DNA from: Alloascoidea hylecoeti
Taxonomy: Eukaryota
Reading direction: 5' to 3'
Length of the DNA stretch: 64,000 nucleotides
Assembly: GCA_001600815.1 (NCBI GenBank)
Contig: BCKZ01000002.1
Location: 1-64,000 of the forward strand
The notes below the pieces were generated by a model. The model did no database searches, was not told where the DNA came from, and was given only the letters and a program-made list of their open reading frames with translations. Shown piece by piece: positions 12,609-24,583 of this stretch. Position numbers and translations under genes: made by a program. How positions within the stretch are numbered: the first letter of the stretch is position 1; each line of letters opens with the position of its first letter.

Positions 12609-13640
12609 ATGGTAAGTTTTGAAAACAAATAGTGACTTATCAGTCTTATTAATATATCAATTAACTTTTATCGATCATTAGACATCAATTGGAACAGGAT
12701 ACGATTTATCAAACAGTGTTTTCAGTCCTGGTATGTGTTTCATTATAAAATAAGAGATCTCTTTTCATCTATAAATCTAATAATTTTAAAATATCTTTTA
12801 GATGGAAGAAACTTCCAGGTTGAATACGCTGTGAAAGCCACGGAAAATACAGGTACTGCCATAGGTTTAAAATTTGAAGATGGTATTGTGCTTGCTGTTG
12901 AAAAAATCGTGTCATCAAAGCTTCTTGTCCCCGGTAAAAACAAACGTATCTTGACAATTGATAGACATGCTGGACTTGTATGTAACATATATAAGATAAA
13001 AAATAAAGAATTAACGTTAACAATTTAATAGGCTTACTCGGGTATAGTACCTGATGGAAGACATTTAGCCGGTCGAGGTCGTGATGAGGCAAGTCAATAT
13101 AGAGGAATTTATGGTGAACCAATTTCAATTCCTGCTTTAGCTGATAGATTGGGAAGTTATGTNCAAGCTTATACTTTGTATAACTCAGTTAGACCCTTTG
13201 GAATTGTTGGAATACTTGGTGGTGTTGACGAAGACGGTCCCCATCTTTATATGATTGAACCTAGTGGAACATATTGGGTAAGCATTTATTATTATTAAAA
13301 CTACATACTTGATTTTTTGTTTTTGTTTTACTAACGTTCAACTGGTTAGGGATATCATGGAGCTGCAGCAGGAAAAGGAAGGCAGACAGCAAAATCAGAA
13401 CTGGAAAAACTGAACCTTTCAGAGTTAAAAGCTCGAGAGGCAGTCAAAGAAGTAGTCAGAATAATTTATGCCGCCCATGAAGATAATAAGGAAAAAGACT
13501 TTGAACTTGAGATAACATGGGCAAGCAAATCTGAAACTGGTGGTCGTCATCAATATGTTCCTCATGAATTAGTAGAGGAAGCCAAAAAATATGCTCTTGA
13601 TCAATTATCAGGAAATGATCAAGAAATGACAGATGCTTAA
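12609..13640 (+). CDS. PRE10: 20S proteasome alpha-7 subunit; exons 12609-12611, 12682-12730, 12802-12977, 13032-13277, 13350-13640
   Basis: Spliced product [27 protein letters not shown]...[23 protein letters not shown]. Four GT-AG introns (donors GTAAGT, GTATGT, GTATGT, GTAAGC) keep the frame to TAA at 13638-13640. Confidence 0.95.
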
Positions 13641-13942
13641 TTAATGTGTTAAATATAAAAATAAAAGAAATCCATACATTAAGAAATAATTATAAAAAGT
13701 ACACAACCCGTAGATTCTTCATCTATATATCGTTACACATGAGTCCATAAAACCAAACAGATTAAAGCAAAGAAAAAAAAAAATTCAAACGAACAAATAA
13801 AGAAATAATATAACAAACAAAAAAACAAGCAAGCAAACACATACTGTGTCATAATATTATATATAATTCATAGCCCATATTGTAGTTCCAAGATTAATGA
13901 TATACTCTTTCTGTTAATTTGTTGATTATATGATTAGTGATT

Positions 13943-16900
13943 TCAATTGTTTTCGTGCATATCGATATACGCATCTATTTTACTAGAAATAAATTGAAAG
14001 GTGGAACTTGATAGTTGATATCTTTCACTATCTGAAGCATTGACATCCAAACTATCCAATAGTTTAATGTTTGATTTTACGAAATTCATTTCTTCTGNAT
14101 CAACAAACCTATCCAGTTTCGAGGCAAAATCTTCAAATAAATTAACAATACTTTTTTGTTGAATGTGTAATCGGTTGGTTTGGTCCATATCTAGACTAAG
14201 CGATCCACTAACAGTTCTTCGTGATAATTGATCTATCTTCCCTTCTAATGAACGAATTGTTAGATTCCGTTGATCAAGTGACACTCTTAAATTATTATTT
14301 TCGGCAAATAGTTGTTGTTGTTGCGTTAATGATCTCTGTAAATCCTCTTCAATCATCATCATGTCTATGTTATTTAAATTTCCAGGATTATTGTCATTAA
14401 TTTGTGCAAAATACTCTTCGAATTCTTGTACCTTATTCCGTTCTTGTTGTAAAGCTTTTGTAGTGTGTAACAATTCCCCCTCAACAGAATTTTTCTGCTG
14501 TCTAACAAATTCAAGTTTTTCTGTTAATATATCAACCTTTTCAGCTCTATCAGATCCAAATCTCTTTAGCTCTTCAACAACCTGTTGACTATCAGCAAGA
14601 AGTGTTTTTAAGTCAGACAATTCAGTTTGTATATCTTTCATTTTCTCAATATCTTTAACTTGCTTCTCCAAATCATTTCTTATGTTTTCTTCNTTCTCTA
14701 ATTTAACTTTTAATTTTTTAATATCAACAATATATTGTTTTTCAATTTCGGAATGCTGATCTTTTAATTTTTTAATTTCAAAATCAATATGATTTATCCC
14801 TTTATCATTTGAATTATCTTTTAATATTAATTCATTTTCTAATTGTAAGTCTTTTAATCTTAGTTTCAATGATTTGATTTCATCATTTAAATTATTTTCT
14901 TTTTTTTCTTTTTCAATTAAAGACTGTTGTAATTTTTCTTGTTCTTTGAATAATTTATAAGCTCGTTGCTTTTCTTTATCCAGTAAATCGATTACTTCTT
15001 TTAATTTGCTACTTTCATCTGTTCTCATTAATCTCAAATTTTCAAGTTCATGTTGTAATGATTCAAGTTGTTCTGTTTCATCCTCATTTGAAGAATAAGT
15101 GCTTGTACTGTCATATCCTTCATCATAATTTACACTTTCATTATATTTTAAATGATTTTGATTTTCGCTTCGAATTTGAATTTGATCATTTTGTTTTTCA
15201 GTTATGTATGATGTTTCTAAATCAATAACTCTATCACCAAGTTCTTTTAGATCCCCTAGTAGTAGTAGATAATCATCTCTTTTCGAAGCAATTGACAGTT
15301 TTATCCATTGCAATCTATCATTTTGATCCCCACTTAATAAATTATTAATATTATTATCAAGTACCGATTCTGAATTCCATGTAAATAATAAATCAACTAT
15401 AATATCAATTAAATCGTTTGTAATACCATTTGTTGCTTTGGTATCATCAATAATGACACATTGATATCTAATTGTATCACTTAATTTATCTAATTCACAT
15501 ACCAGATTGTCAACTTTATTCTTCTCCATCGTTAAAGAACTTTTAAGTTTATTGATTTCATCCTTCGATATATTTTCAAAATCTGAAGATGGAGATTTCA
15601 TAGTTGAACCACCAATAGTAGTTTTAATATTACTTAGTCTTGAAACAAAGTTATCTTTTAGTTCTGAATCGTTTTCGCCGATTTCTTCTAAAGCTTCTCG
15701 TAAAATCGATTCCATTAATTTCCATTGAATTTGAAATCCATAAATTTTTTGGTTTAATTCTTTAATTTTTGATGATTCACCAACACTAAAACTTGTAGTT
15801 GGTAGGTCTTTAATTTGATTCCAGTTTTCCAGTGTGGAGGTATTACCACTTTTTAATGACATTCGTCTTAACGATTTATTGAAAGTGTGGGTTGTTTGTT
15901 TCCATCTGGGAGGTGTTGTTTCCGGTTCTGGAAGATCAGGCTTCAACTGAACATTGTCGATATCAAGTTGTGCTCCTGATTTTGTATCCTCAATATCTAT
16001 TTTTGAAGGTGTTATTGTCGGAGTCTTACGGGGTGGTGGTATGGCCAGGGAGCGTTTACTGCTATTAGAAGTAAACCTATTCGAAATTCTATGACCCGAC
16101 TTTTGACGTGCTGATGTTGGAGTCGGAGTTGGGGATGGAGAAGGAGGAGATATAGATCGATTCNAAATATTCGGCAGTATTCGCAATGACTTCTTATCAA
16201 AGGATTTAGTTTTTCTGTTTTTTTCAAGTGAATCGGGAGTACTTGAACCTATTGGAGGTGATGACTTCATTTCTCCTTGTAAATAATTTTTGGGAGAGTT
16301 TGATGTTGATGATACTTTTACTTTTGAATTTGTTCTGCTATTAATAGGTGTTTGAATTAAGGAATCCGACTGTTCAAGAATATTTGAAGGATTTTTTCCA
16401 GTTTGATTTTTCCCATTTTGTGTATCGGAAGTTGAAAATGAAGAGTTGTTGAGTGACTCTGATCTACTTAGCATATTCTTATCTCTATATTGTCCGGTAG
16501 ATTCAAACATACTAGTATTATTTTTATCATTTAGCTTCGAGGAATAAGTGAAAATATCCGGACTTGAACTGACCTCTTTATTCTCATGATTTGTTTTATT
16601 TATTTGTGTTTCGCTTACAATCTCATTTGATGTTGTTGAAATGGGATCATTAGAGTTATTATAAATAGCACTAACATCTTTGTTCGCGTTCATTGGATTT
16701 TTTGGGTTTTTTGATATTGAACCCGAGGAAATATCTGAATCTATTCCGTCATCATCCGAGTCAAAGGAAGAATTCACCAAACTTAAGGAATTAAAGCTTC
16801 CTTGCCGCGAATATGGGGTTTCTTGAATATTAATACCATTACCGTTACCAATCGGGGTAGTACGAAAAGTACTATTAGCTTTTCTCAGCATCTCCTCGAT

Positions 16901-16996
16901 TAGATTTCTTTTAGGTCTATAAGTTGGATTTTCATTAGGTTCAACATGCCTAGATGTTTTGGAGTCTATCCTGGTTTCACTTTCTATTGTCGTCAT
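13943..16996 (-). CDS. Long coiled-coil protein with a disordered Ser/Pro-rich N-terminus; possible Spc72/Mto1-like gamma-tubulin complex receptor
   Basis: 1017-aa ORF with a heptad-rich C-terminal half; segment ESSKIKELNQKIYGFQIQWKLMESIL loosely resembles a CM1 motif. The CDS is secure, the function tentative. Confidence 0.7.
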   Translation of the reverse strand: MTTIESETRIDSKTSRHVEPNENPTYRPKRNLIEEMLRKANSTFRTTPIGNGNGINIQETPYSRQGSFNSLSLVNSSFDSDDDGIDSDISSGSISKNPKNPMNANKDVSAIYNNSNDPISTTSNEIVSETQINKTNHENKEVSSSPDIFTYSSKLNDKNNTSMFESTGQYRDKNMLSRSESLNNSSFSTSDTQNGKNQTGKNPSNILEQSDSLIQTPINSRTNSKVKVSSTSNSPKNYLQGEMKSSPPIGSSTPDSLEKNRKTKSFDKKSLRILPNIXNRSISPPSPSPTPTPTSARQKSGHRISNRFTSNSSKRSLAIPPPRKTPTITPSKIDIEDTKSGAQLDIDNVQLKPDLPEPETTPPRWKQTTHTFNKSLRRMSLKSGNTSTLENWNQIKDLPTTSFSVGESSKIKELNQKIYGFQIQWKLMESILREALEEIGENDSELKDNFVSRLSNIKTTIGGSTMKSPSSDFENISKDEINKLKSSLTMEKNKVDNLVCELDKLSDTIRYQCVIIDDTKATNGITNDLIDIIVDLLFTWNSESVLDNNINNLLSGDQNDRLQWIKLSIASKRDDYLLLLGDLKELGDRVIDLETSYITEKQNDQIQIRSENQNHLKYNESVNYDEGYDSTSTYSSNEDETEQLESLQHELENLRLMRTDESSKLKEVIDLLDKEKQRAYKLFKEQEKLQQSLIEKEKKENNLNDEIKSLKLRLKDLQLENELILKDNSNDKGINHIDFEIKKLKDQHSEIEKQYIVDIKKLKVKLEXEENIRNDLEKQVKDIEKMKDIQTELSDLKTLLADSQQVVEELKRFGSDRAEKVDILTEKLEFVRQQKNSVEGELLHTTKALQQERNKVQEFEEYFAQINDNNPGNLNNIDMMMIEEDLQRSLTQQQQLFAENNNLRVSLDQRNLTIRSLEGKIDQLSRRTVSGSLSLDMDQTNRLHIQQKSIVNLFEDFASKLDRFVDXEEMNFVKSNIKLLDSLDVNASDSERYQLSSSTFQFISSKIDAYIDMHENN

Positions 16997-17230
16997 GTCT
17001 TAAGTTTTCTTCCAACTCCAATTGTACACTACCGCGGTAACAAGTCAGGCAAGTATATTTGAAAGCCTTCTTATAGACTTTCTATTTTAAAGGCGTATAA
17101 AGAATTATATTCTTTTTGTAGCGAAGAAAAACAAACAGATCACGAAGGTTTGTTTTGAAAAATTAGTAGATCAGAAGTAACTAACTAATTATATGGCAGG
17201 AATATAATCTGGCTTTGTGAGTTAATTGGA

Positions 17231-17238
17231 TTACCCGG
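17231..17238 (+). promoter_or_regulatory. Reb1-type site
   Basis: TTACCCGG about 235 bp upstream of the coiled-coil gene ATG. Confidence 0.45.
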
Positions 17239-17527
17239 GCATCACCGTTACATGATGAAATCGGGTTAATATTATATTATAGGTTTTAATATTTCAGTCG
17301 GAGATACTTAATTCTATTTATCATTATCTTTTATTCTTTCAATTTCCATTATATTGTATCTGTATAGTTACTATAAGTTAATGTAATATCGATATCAGTT
17401 ACATACATGACCTAATTAAATTGTAGTTTTATCAAATTAAAGTGCAGTCATCTAATTATAATGTTCTAAATCAAAACATGTTCAAGTTCATAGTTATAAG
17501 ATACGACTTCCACTGAAGCACACTTAT

Positions 17528-17730
17528 TTTGAAGACATTTGGAAAAATCTTACAAAGAAGATATTTAACTACAAAATAGAATATTCAACAAGAATACTTA
17601 AAATTTCGGTTACGGCAATATTGGAAGCTTTAGAGAAAGAGGAAACGAGTCTAATCATAATAAGAGAGTTCCTGGAGAATCCGGTGTGAGAAAAGCTGTA
17701 AGTGCGTATAAAGTCTGGACTCTGGAGACA
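17528..17730 (+). mobile_element. Possible Tc1-like transposase C-terminal relic
   Basis: FEDIWKNLTKKIF...LKISVTAILEAL resembles the region after the Tc1 catalytic Glu (IE.IW..LK.K); weak match. Confidence 0.3.
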
Positions 17731-18014
17731 GATTATCAGTAGGAAATATTAGCCACCCACAAAACACAAATACTTCGTCTGGATACTCACGAGAATTATT
17801 CTCCGAAGATTGCTGAAAATTCAGTGGAGATAAAGTATATTTGTCTGATTGAAATTGATATATATGTGTTTATATAGAAAACTGTAAAATTAAGTAATGA
17901 ATATGGTTCAATGGTGTTGATATATCATATTGATAGATCTAGAATAGGTAGTAATATCTAGATTTTAGTTATTTAAAGAAATTCAAAAAATTCAATGTTT
18001 AGAAAGAAATGCTT

Positions 18015-19391
18015 TTAGAAAGAAAATAATCCACCTGCTAAGGCCCCACCAATCATAAGTGTTAACATAACACCGTTAGCCTTGGTATCAAATTCATAAA
18101 AGAATGGAGTTCTCAATGCACCAGCAACACCTTTACTTTTTGAATGAGTAGCGGAGGAAGATGAACCGGAACTTGAGCTTCCAGAAGAAGAAGAGGACGG
18201 AGAAGCCGAAGAAGAACTTTCATCATCAGGTCCCATATCCTGAGTAGAAGCCCCGTCATTACCTTTTGGCTTTCCAGCTCCATCCTTCATATAAGTTTCA
18301 GCATCTTCAGGCAAAGTTGGCAAATCATCAGTGGCTACCCAATTATCGCTGAGTGTTGGACATTCTATAGAGCTTACAGTTGCTTTACTCCCGCCATCTC
18401 CAGTTGGGTTTTTAGTTGAGTTGTATTCGCCCTGCAAGTTATAAAAGTCATCTTGTTTAAGGACCGAATCTTCCGAAGTAATATTGACCAAACCATAATT
18501 GTTGGGCTCCTCTGAATATTCATAAACTAGCCCACCCGAGAAAACAGAAGACATTTGGGTAGAATAAATAGTTCCAATTTCAGTAAAAGGTCTACTTCCA
18601 GGTACTTCATTACATCCGAATTCACTTAAGAAAATAGGAGCTGGAATATTCTCATACATGTCAACTTTTTCGCGATATCCACTCACAAGAAAAGAGGATT
18701 TCCCACACCATGAATAGTCATTGATACCAATAAAGTCCGATTTAGCACTTGAGTCATTACCGCATGTGAAATACTGGGCCGCTTGCAATCTATTCTGAGA
18801 AACATCAGCAGCACTATAACCAACTGGGATTTCACGGTATGACCTTGCTTTAATATAATTTTTCATATCTCTAACAACAGCTTTAACATAGGGAGCTGTA
18901 TTAGTAGTATTTTCATTGTTAATTACTTCATTTCCAGCAAAAAATCCCAAGACGTTATCATAATTAGCAAATGCATCAATGGTTGCAAATACATGTTGTA
19001 AGTATGGAGCATTATAAGATCTAGCTGGTCTAAGACGACTAATCGAATTTTTTGGGGTGTTTACGTCAAGAATGAGATAAATCCCAGCATCTGCCAACTT
19101 CTTCATGCAAGCATCATGATTCAAAGAATTATCAACACTGTAAGCTCTAATTGTGTTCAAACCAAGATCTGTGAAAATAGGAACATCTCTTTCACAGATT
19201 GATTCAATAGCAAGAGAGTCTGTCAAGTTTCCTGATCCACCCGGTTGATAGTCGACACCTCTTATGTAAAATCTTTCTCCGGACTTAGAATCCCAGAATG
19301 CATTACCTTTCACTTCAATAGGGGAAATGTCGGCGATGACAGATGATACCAACCCTATTAGAAAAGACTTCCAGAAAGATGAAAGCATCAT
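18015..19391 (-). CDS. GAS5: GH72 1,3-beta-glucanosyltransferase without X8 domain, GPI-anchored
   Basis: RFYIRGVDYQPGGS, GFFAGNEV and FLSEFGCN motifs; Ser-rich stalk; hydrophobic GPI tail. First ATG (MMLSS) at 19391. Confidence 0.9.
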   Translation of the reverse strand: MMLSSFWKSFLIGLVSSVIADISPIEVKGNAFWDSKSGERFYIRGVDYQPGGSGNLTDSLAIESICERDVPIFTDLGLNTIRAYSVDNSLNHDACMKKLADAGIYLILDVNTPKNSISRLRPARSYNAPYLQHVFATIDAFANYDNVLGFFAGNEVINNENTTNTAPYVKAVVRDMKNYIKARSYREIPVGYSAADVSQNRLQAAQYFTCGNDSSAKSDFIGINDYSWCGKSSFLVSGYREKVDMYENIPAPIFLSEFGCNEVPGSRPFTEIGTIYSTQMSSVFSGGLVYEYSEEPNNYGLVNITSEDSVLKQDDFYNLQGEYNSTKNPTGDGGSKATVSSIECPTLSDNWVATDDLPTLPEDAETYMKDGAGKPKGNDGASTQDMGPDDESSSSASPSSSSSGSSSSGSSSSATHSKSKGVAGALRTPFFYEFDTKANGVMLTLMIGGALAGGLFSF

Positions 19392-19881
19392 GATTGACCA
19401 GATTATAAATAAGTGATAAGATAAGAAGATTAAATTATAATATATTATGATTTGTATGTTCAACCAAGAATTTCAGTTGAGAAACGAGTGTCAATTGTAA
19501 TAAAGATGGAGTGGAGAAGAAGAGAGTATGCTATGGAAAATTTATGCTTAAATGTAAGCGCGCTCGTATTTATTTTTCCAGAAAAGAAAGTTTAAGGTTG
19601 ATACTCGGGCAGATGCTCACACTGCAGCTCCTGCATTTTGATCGTTTGACCCATACTAGACAAACAGTTACGAATGTTATACGAGTGCCCATACGTATAT
19701 TTAAAACTTACTACATACGGTATTAATGATATNAAATTGATAATTATACCAATTATAAGATATTCTATCATAAAAAACAAAAATTCAAATGTTTCGAATT
19801 CAGTTGAGGTACCTCAAATTTTAGGTTCTAGCTACTTAAAGGAACTTTAAAACTCTAATGCCAGTTACGTCATCCAAAAAC

Positions 19882-22486
19882 TCACTGTTTATTCACAGTT
19901 GAATCTGTCTCAGCACGAGTATCGTTAATTTCTGTATCAACTTCTTCCACTGACGAAATCTCTTTTGTTTGCTGAACAGGTCCACCCTCTTTAGAAATCT
20001 CCACAGAAATAGCCTTCTCAAAATCAAATTCCTCATCGGAATCTGCATGATTTGGCTTATTAGAATCAGCCTTTACTTCTAAATCTATTTCGGCATCAGA
20101 AAGAGTGTTAATTTTTTGATCATTTGAATCAATTATTTCCTTATCTTTAACATGTGTAGTTGTGACTATTGAATCTTCATCTTCTATAAGAGTTTCAGTT
20201 TTTGAATTCATATCTGTAGGATTTTCGTCATCAATTTCCGATATTGTTCCAGTAGAATCATTCTTTACATCTAGTTGTTCTGGTTTAATGCCCTTTCCAA
20301 CACTAATTTCGGATATATCACTACCACGTTTCGCAAGAGAATTAGACTCCACTACCTCATCATTGGGTTTCGAAGTTTCCAATCCTTCTTCATCGGTAAT
20401 ATGATCAGACGCAATGGATTTGGTAATGCTTGTAGTTGATTTCTTCCTTTCGACCTCGTCTTCGTTCGACTGAACTTTTGGAGCTTCATGAACCACGTCT
20501 TCACTTTTATCAACACCATCAACAGAGTTAGTTACTTCTGTTTCTTTATCAGTATCTTCAACCTCCGGTTCTTTCTTTGCTTTACCATAAGACCATACAT
20601 CAAAGGAGGCCAAAGACAGCTTTTGAATCGGATCTTTGGCTACAGGTCTTAATACCTCACTAGGCAATTTTCTACCTCTTGGGCCTCTAACTCTTCCCCG
20701 TCTAGCATCACTTAGAACTATCTTTTCTACTTTGGGTTCCTCTTTTTTGTCACTATCTTCTTCTTTTGTTACGTCATCGGAAGGAGAAGCAGAAGCAGGT
20801 AAAGTCATCCCAGGCATAGGCATCATACCTGGTAAACCAATAGGCGATCTTCCAAACATACCTTCCAGATTTTTTGCAAACTTCGATCTATTGACATTTA
20901 GCTTGGTCCCCCTATCTATAGGTGTATCATTCAGATCTTCATCAGTTTCGAGAGAGCTTGAACCGGAATCGGCTGACTTTTTGATCGTTCTTTTAGGACG
21001 ATGAGGAACAGAGGGTTTTGGTTTACGCTGCAAATCATCAGCTGAACTGTTAAATAATGATTGCTGAAACATTGCAATCTTAGAAGATAACTTCGCTGGT
21101 CTCTTAGGAGGCACCTTTGGAGGACCACGTTTTATTTTGGCAGAATCATCAGATGCAACATTTTCTGATTCTGTAAGAGTATGAGATAGACCAGCTTTTT
21201 CGTGTGATTTTGGTTTTCCTGGTGCAGAGGACGGAGTGGAGGTGGAGGCCTCTTCGATATGACTTGCAGAAGATCCGGAGTTCTGACGTGTAGGAGACCG
21301 AGATCTAGACGGCCGTCTAGGAATAACTGGAGCATCCAATTTTGATACTGTATTAATTTCCTCTTTCTTCAAATTACTCACATTTTTTACAGGTGAAGCA
21401 ATTCTTGAAGGGCTTGTTGGCTCAACTGTGGCTATTTGAATTGATTGTTGAGGAACCGCAGATTCACCTCCGGTATCAGAAGTTAGGGGTGCGTTCAAAG
21501 ATTTAACTGTATCAAGTGGGGGTTGAAACTCAGAAGATCTAATGTTGCCAGGGAGATCATCCTTTAAACGAGATTTGCTAGGGCTTGCGGACCTGGATGG
21601 CCTCTTTGCAGGGCGATGGGGTACTATTGGATGTTTTGGAACCGTTGTCGAATCCACCTCTTTGTTCGAAATTTGAGCACCGCTAACGTCACCTTCCACA
21701 TTAGGGTTTTCATACTCTAATTTAAGGTCTAAGGTATTATGCAATTCTGATGACGTAGGTGCTTCTTCGTAAGACGAATGACCGTCTTCAGATTGACCGC
21801 CTTTGCTGGGACTTGACCTGGATGGCCTCTTTGAGGGACGACTAGGCACTGATGGACCTGGAATCGAAACATCATTGTTAGGATGTGAATCACTATTAGT
21901 GTGTTCGCTTTTGGCTGAACCTAGTTCTGGTGAAGCACTAATATTAGAAGATGTATTAGATAGTGAGGTTCTATCAGTTGGTTCAACAATTGGTAGGGAT
22001 GTATTATTGGTAGTAACCGGTGTGTGGGATTCATTATCTTCTGGTATTTGGGGAATAACAGGAAGATTATGCAGCACATGTTTTTTAGTGATCTCATCCT
22101 CCTCTTCTTCTATATGGAGAGGTAAATTAACCCCAGCCTGATAGACTCGATTACCTTCAGTCGTGCTATTAAACGATGTTTCGGAAGTGGATTCCGTTAA
22201 GACTGGAGTTGAGGCAGATTTTAAGGGCCTTCTAGGAACAACGGGAACGGGATGCTATTAAATGGTTAGAGAACAACAACAACAAAAACATTAAGCTTAT
22301 AACCTCATGAAACAAATAAGTTCATACCCCTTGACCAAGATCGAGTCTCGATTCACTTGAAACTGTTGATATATCGTGTCCTCTAGTACTTCTTGCAGGT
22401 CTTCTAGGAACAATGGGACGAGAAGGTACTTTGGGGATTTCAGTTCTAGAATCTGAATCTGCTGAAACAGCTGATTCTTCGGACAT
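19882..22486 (-). CDS. AIM21: Aim21-like actin-patch / capping-protein regulator; exons 22486-22328 and 22254-19882
   Basis: DARRGRVRGPRGRKLP motif, PPKVPPKRPAKLSSKIAMFQ and many PxRP repeats. Phase-0 intron 22255-22327 (GTATGA...CTAAC...TAG) extends the ORF to ATG at 22486. Confidence 0.8.
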
Positions 22487-23449
22487 ATATATATAGAGTG
22501 ATTGTATTGCAATTGATGGTAATGTAATGTTGCAAGAAGGTTTAAATTCAATTGGTTTATTTGTTAGGTTTCAAACGTGAGCACGTGGTATGCATATTAA
22601 TTCAAATAATCAGCTTAAATTTAATCGTCACTTGTGATTAAAGGTACTCCGTGAATTTACATGAAATAAATCGCAAGGTATTCCATTTCCTGTTAAGATT
22701 CTACCCAGCAGTATATGGCCAAAGTGGTGGTGAAGAACATTCTTAAAGATTTATTCAACGAAATAAATATAACAATTACAACTATAGGGATTGTCTTATT
22801 TTAACCGGCTACTCCATGATACTACTATTTACACCAGAATCAGGGCACCGGCCGAAAAAAAAAATGAATTTTAATCTGCAATAATCTATGCAAGGAGCAA
22901 AGCATTAGAGTCTTCCAATATCGTATTGAGATTCGAGAAGACCGGAATTTAAGCATTTTATTTTATCCGAGTACAGTGTTGAAATCTATTTCTATTGCTA
23001 CAGGATCAAAAACAGAGTAAAGAAGAACCTCTCCAACTTTGACTTAAAAATAAAGGAACGCGTGGAAAATTGTCAGGAGAATCTAATAGAATAAGTGGTC
23101 TATCTAAACAAAATATTTAGTTAATTTATATCTTTTGGCGATGTTGGTGGTTGATTTAGTAAATACTTGTTCCAGTTGAAGTAGGACATTACATCTAGAT
23201 TGTGCAGTCACAGGCACAATTGAAAACATAAATACAATTGGAAGCACAATTCTCGCACCTACTCCATGGCGTTACCTTTCAAATCAAGAGAAGATCTCCC
23301 AAGCTGGTCATGGTAAAGTTTATCAACCAATGATCCCTCTAAGTATTAGATAAATGGTTTATATTATTACAACATTACACCTATTTCTTCCACCAACTTT
23401 TCATTGATCTGTTCATTGAAGATAAAATTATCACAAGTTATAAATAACA

Positions 23450-24259
23450 ATGGCTCCAACACTAGAAGAAATTGATGACGATGATATTGATGATTTAGAT
23501 TTCAATATTGAAGATCATGATCCATATGGTGCTTTAACCGTACCAAAGGTTAGTGAACCACCATTATTCCCACCTTTACCGTCAGTATCTTCGACTTCTT
23601 CACAACCAAGAACTTCACAACACCAACCTTCACGAAATGATACGTTATACGGTACAAATGCCCCTGGAATGTCTGATGATACGAAGTTTCTTACACCAGA
23701 AGACCTTGAAGGTTATAAACACAATATTCTAATTTATCCATGCTATTTTGATAAAAATCGATCTCACAAACAAGGACGCAGGGTCAATCTAAACCGAGCA
23801 GTTGAAAATCCATTAGCTAAGACAGTTCATGATGCTATGGTATTTATTGGAATTCCATGTGTATTGGACGCTATGAAATCACATCCTCAAGATTGGAGTA
23901 ATCCAGGCAGAGTGAGACTAATGGTTACAGCAGAAGAAATGAAGGATGAATTAAAAATTAATAATGAACGACATTTATTACGATTAATCTCTGACTTTCT
24001 TTTAAAACGTCCAACAACCATAAACACCCCCAAGCAATTTATTCCTTCTCCTGAATTTCGAGATATAGAATTAAAATCGGCTCCTATTCCTCGAGGATTT
24101 GTTATGAATTCCATTATCCCTCTTCATTCTCCCGCTATATTTGGAGCTCCAATGACTCAATCAATCTATGATGACAAAGACGTGGCACCTAATGAAATGA
24201 GCAAACGGAAACAGAAAGGCAAAGGCGAAGGTAAAAAGGTCAAATATGTAAGAGGCTGA
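23450..24259 (+). CDS. SEC65: Signal recognition particle subunit (SRP19 family)
   Basis: IYPCYFDKNRSHKQGRRV, AVENPLAKT and KSHPQDWSNPGRVR motifs. Confidence 0.95.
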   Translation: MAPTLEEIDDDDIDDLDFNIEDHDPYGALTVPKVSEPPLFPPLPSVSSTSSQPRTSQHQPSRNDTLYGTNAPGMSDDTKFLTPEDLEGYKHNILIYPCYFDKNRSHKQGRRVNLNRAVENPLAKTVHDAMVFIGIPCVLDAMKSHPQDWSNPGRVRLMVTAEEMKDELKINNERHLLRLISDFLLKRPTTINTPKQFIPSPEFRDIELKSAPIPRGFVMNSIIPLHSPAIFGAPMTQSIYDDKDVAPNEMSKRKQKGKGEGKKVKYVRG

Positions 24260-24315
24260 TTGTAAACGTTTCACATAGTTAGATATTAATGTCAATATTG
24301 CAAGTAAATGTGCGT

Positions 24316-24323
24316 CCGGGTAA
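24316..24323 (-). promoter_or_regulatory. Reb1-type site upstream of ZDS1
   Basis: CCGGGTAA (TTACCCGG on the minus strand). Confidence 0.45.
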
Positions 24324-24583
24324 CCGTGTTTTAGGTGTTCGGAGGTATTTGAAAACCACCTCCCTGAAGTAGTTGGCTAACAGTCACAACCCGAATCACC
24401 ACTAGTCGCTCTTTTACAGATCAGTCGTTTCAGTTCGAGATACGTGGCAAAACATTCGCAAACATCCGTCCGCAGCAAGGCCAAAGGCATTTTCAACGTC
24501 GGCCTAACCGGTATTAGCTATTTAGGATCAGTCCCACAGCGTGCAAGGATTATTATTTATAAAACTCGATACAACTACGCCTG

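Noticed and set aside
20162..22141. Short antisense or overlapping ORFs in the track (for example 20162-20404, 20636-21004, 30463-30999, 43656-44033)
   Set aside because: They are shadows of real genes on the opposite strand or in another frame, with no independent coding evidence.
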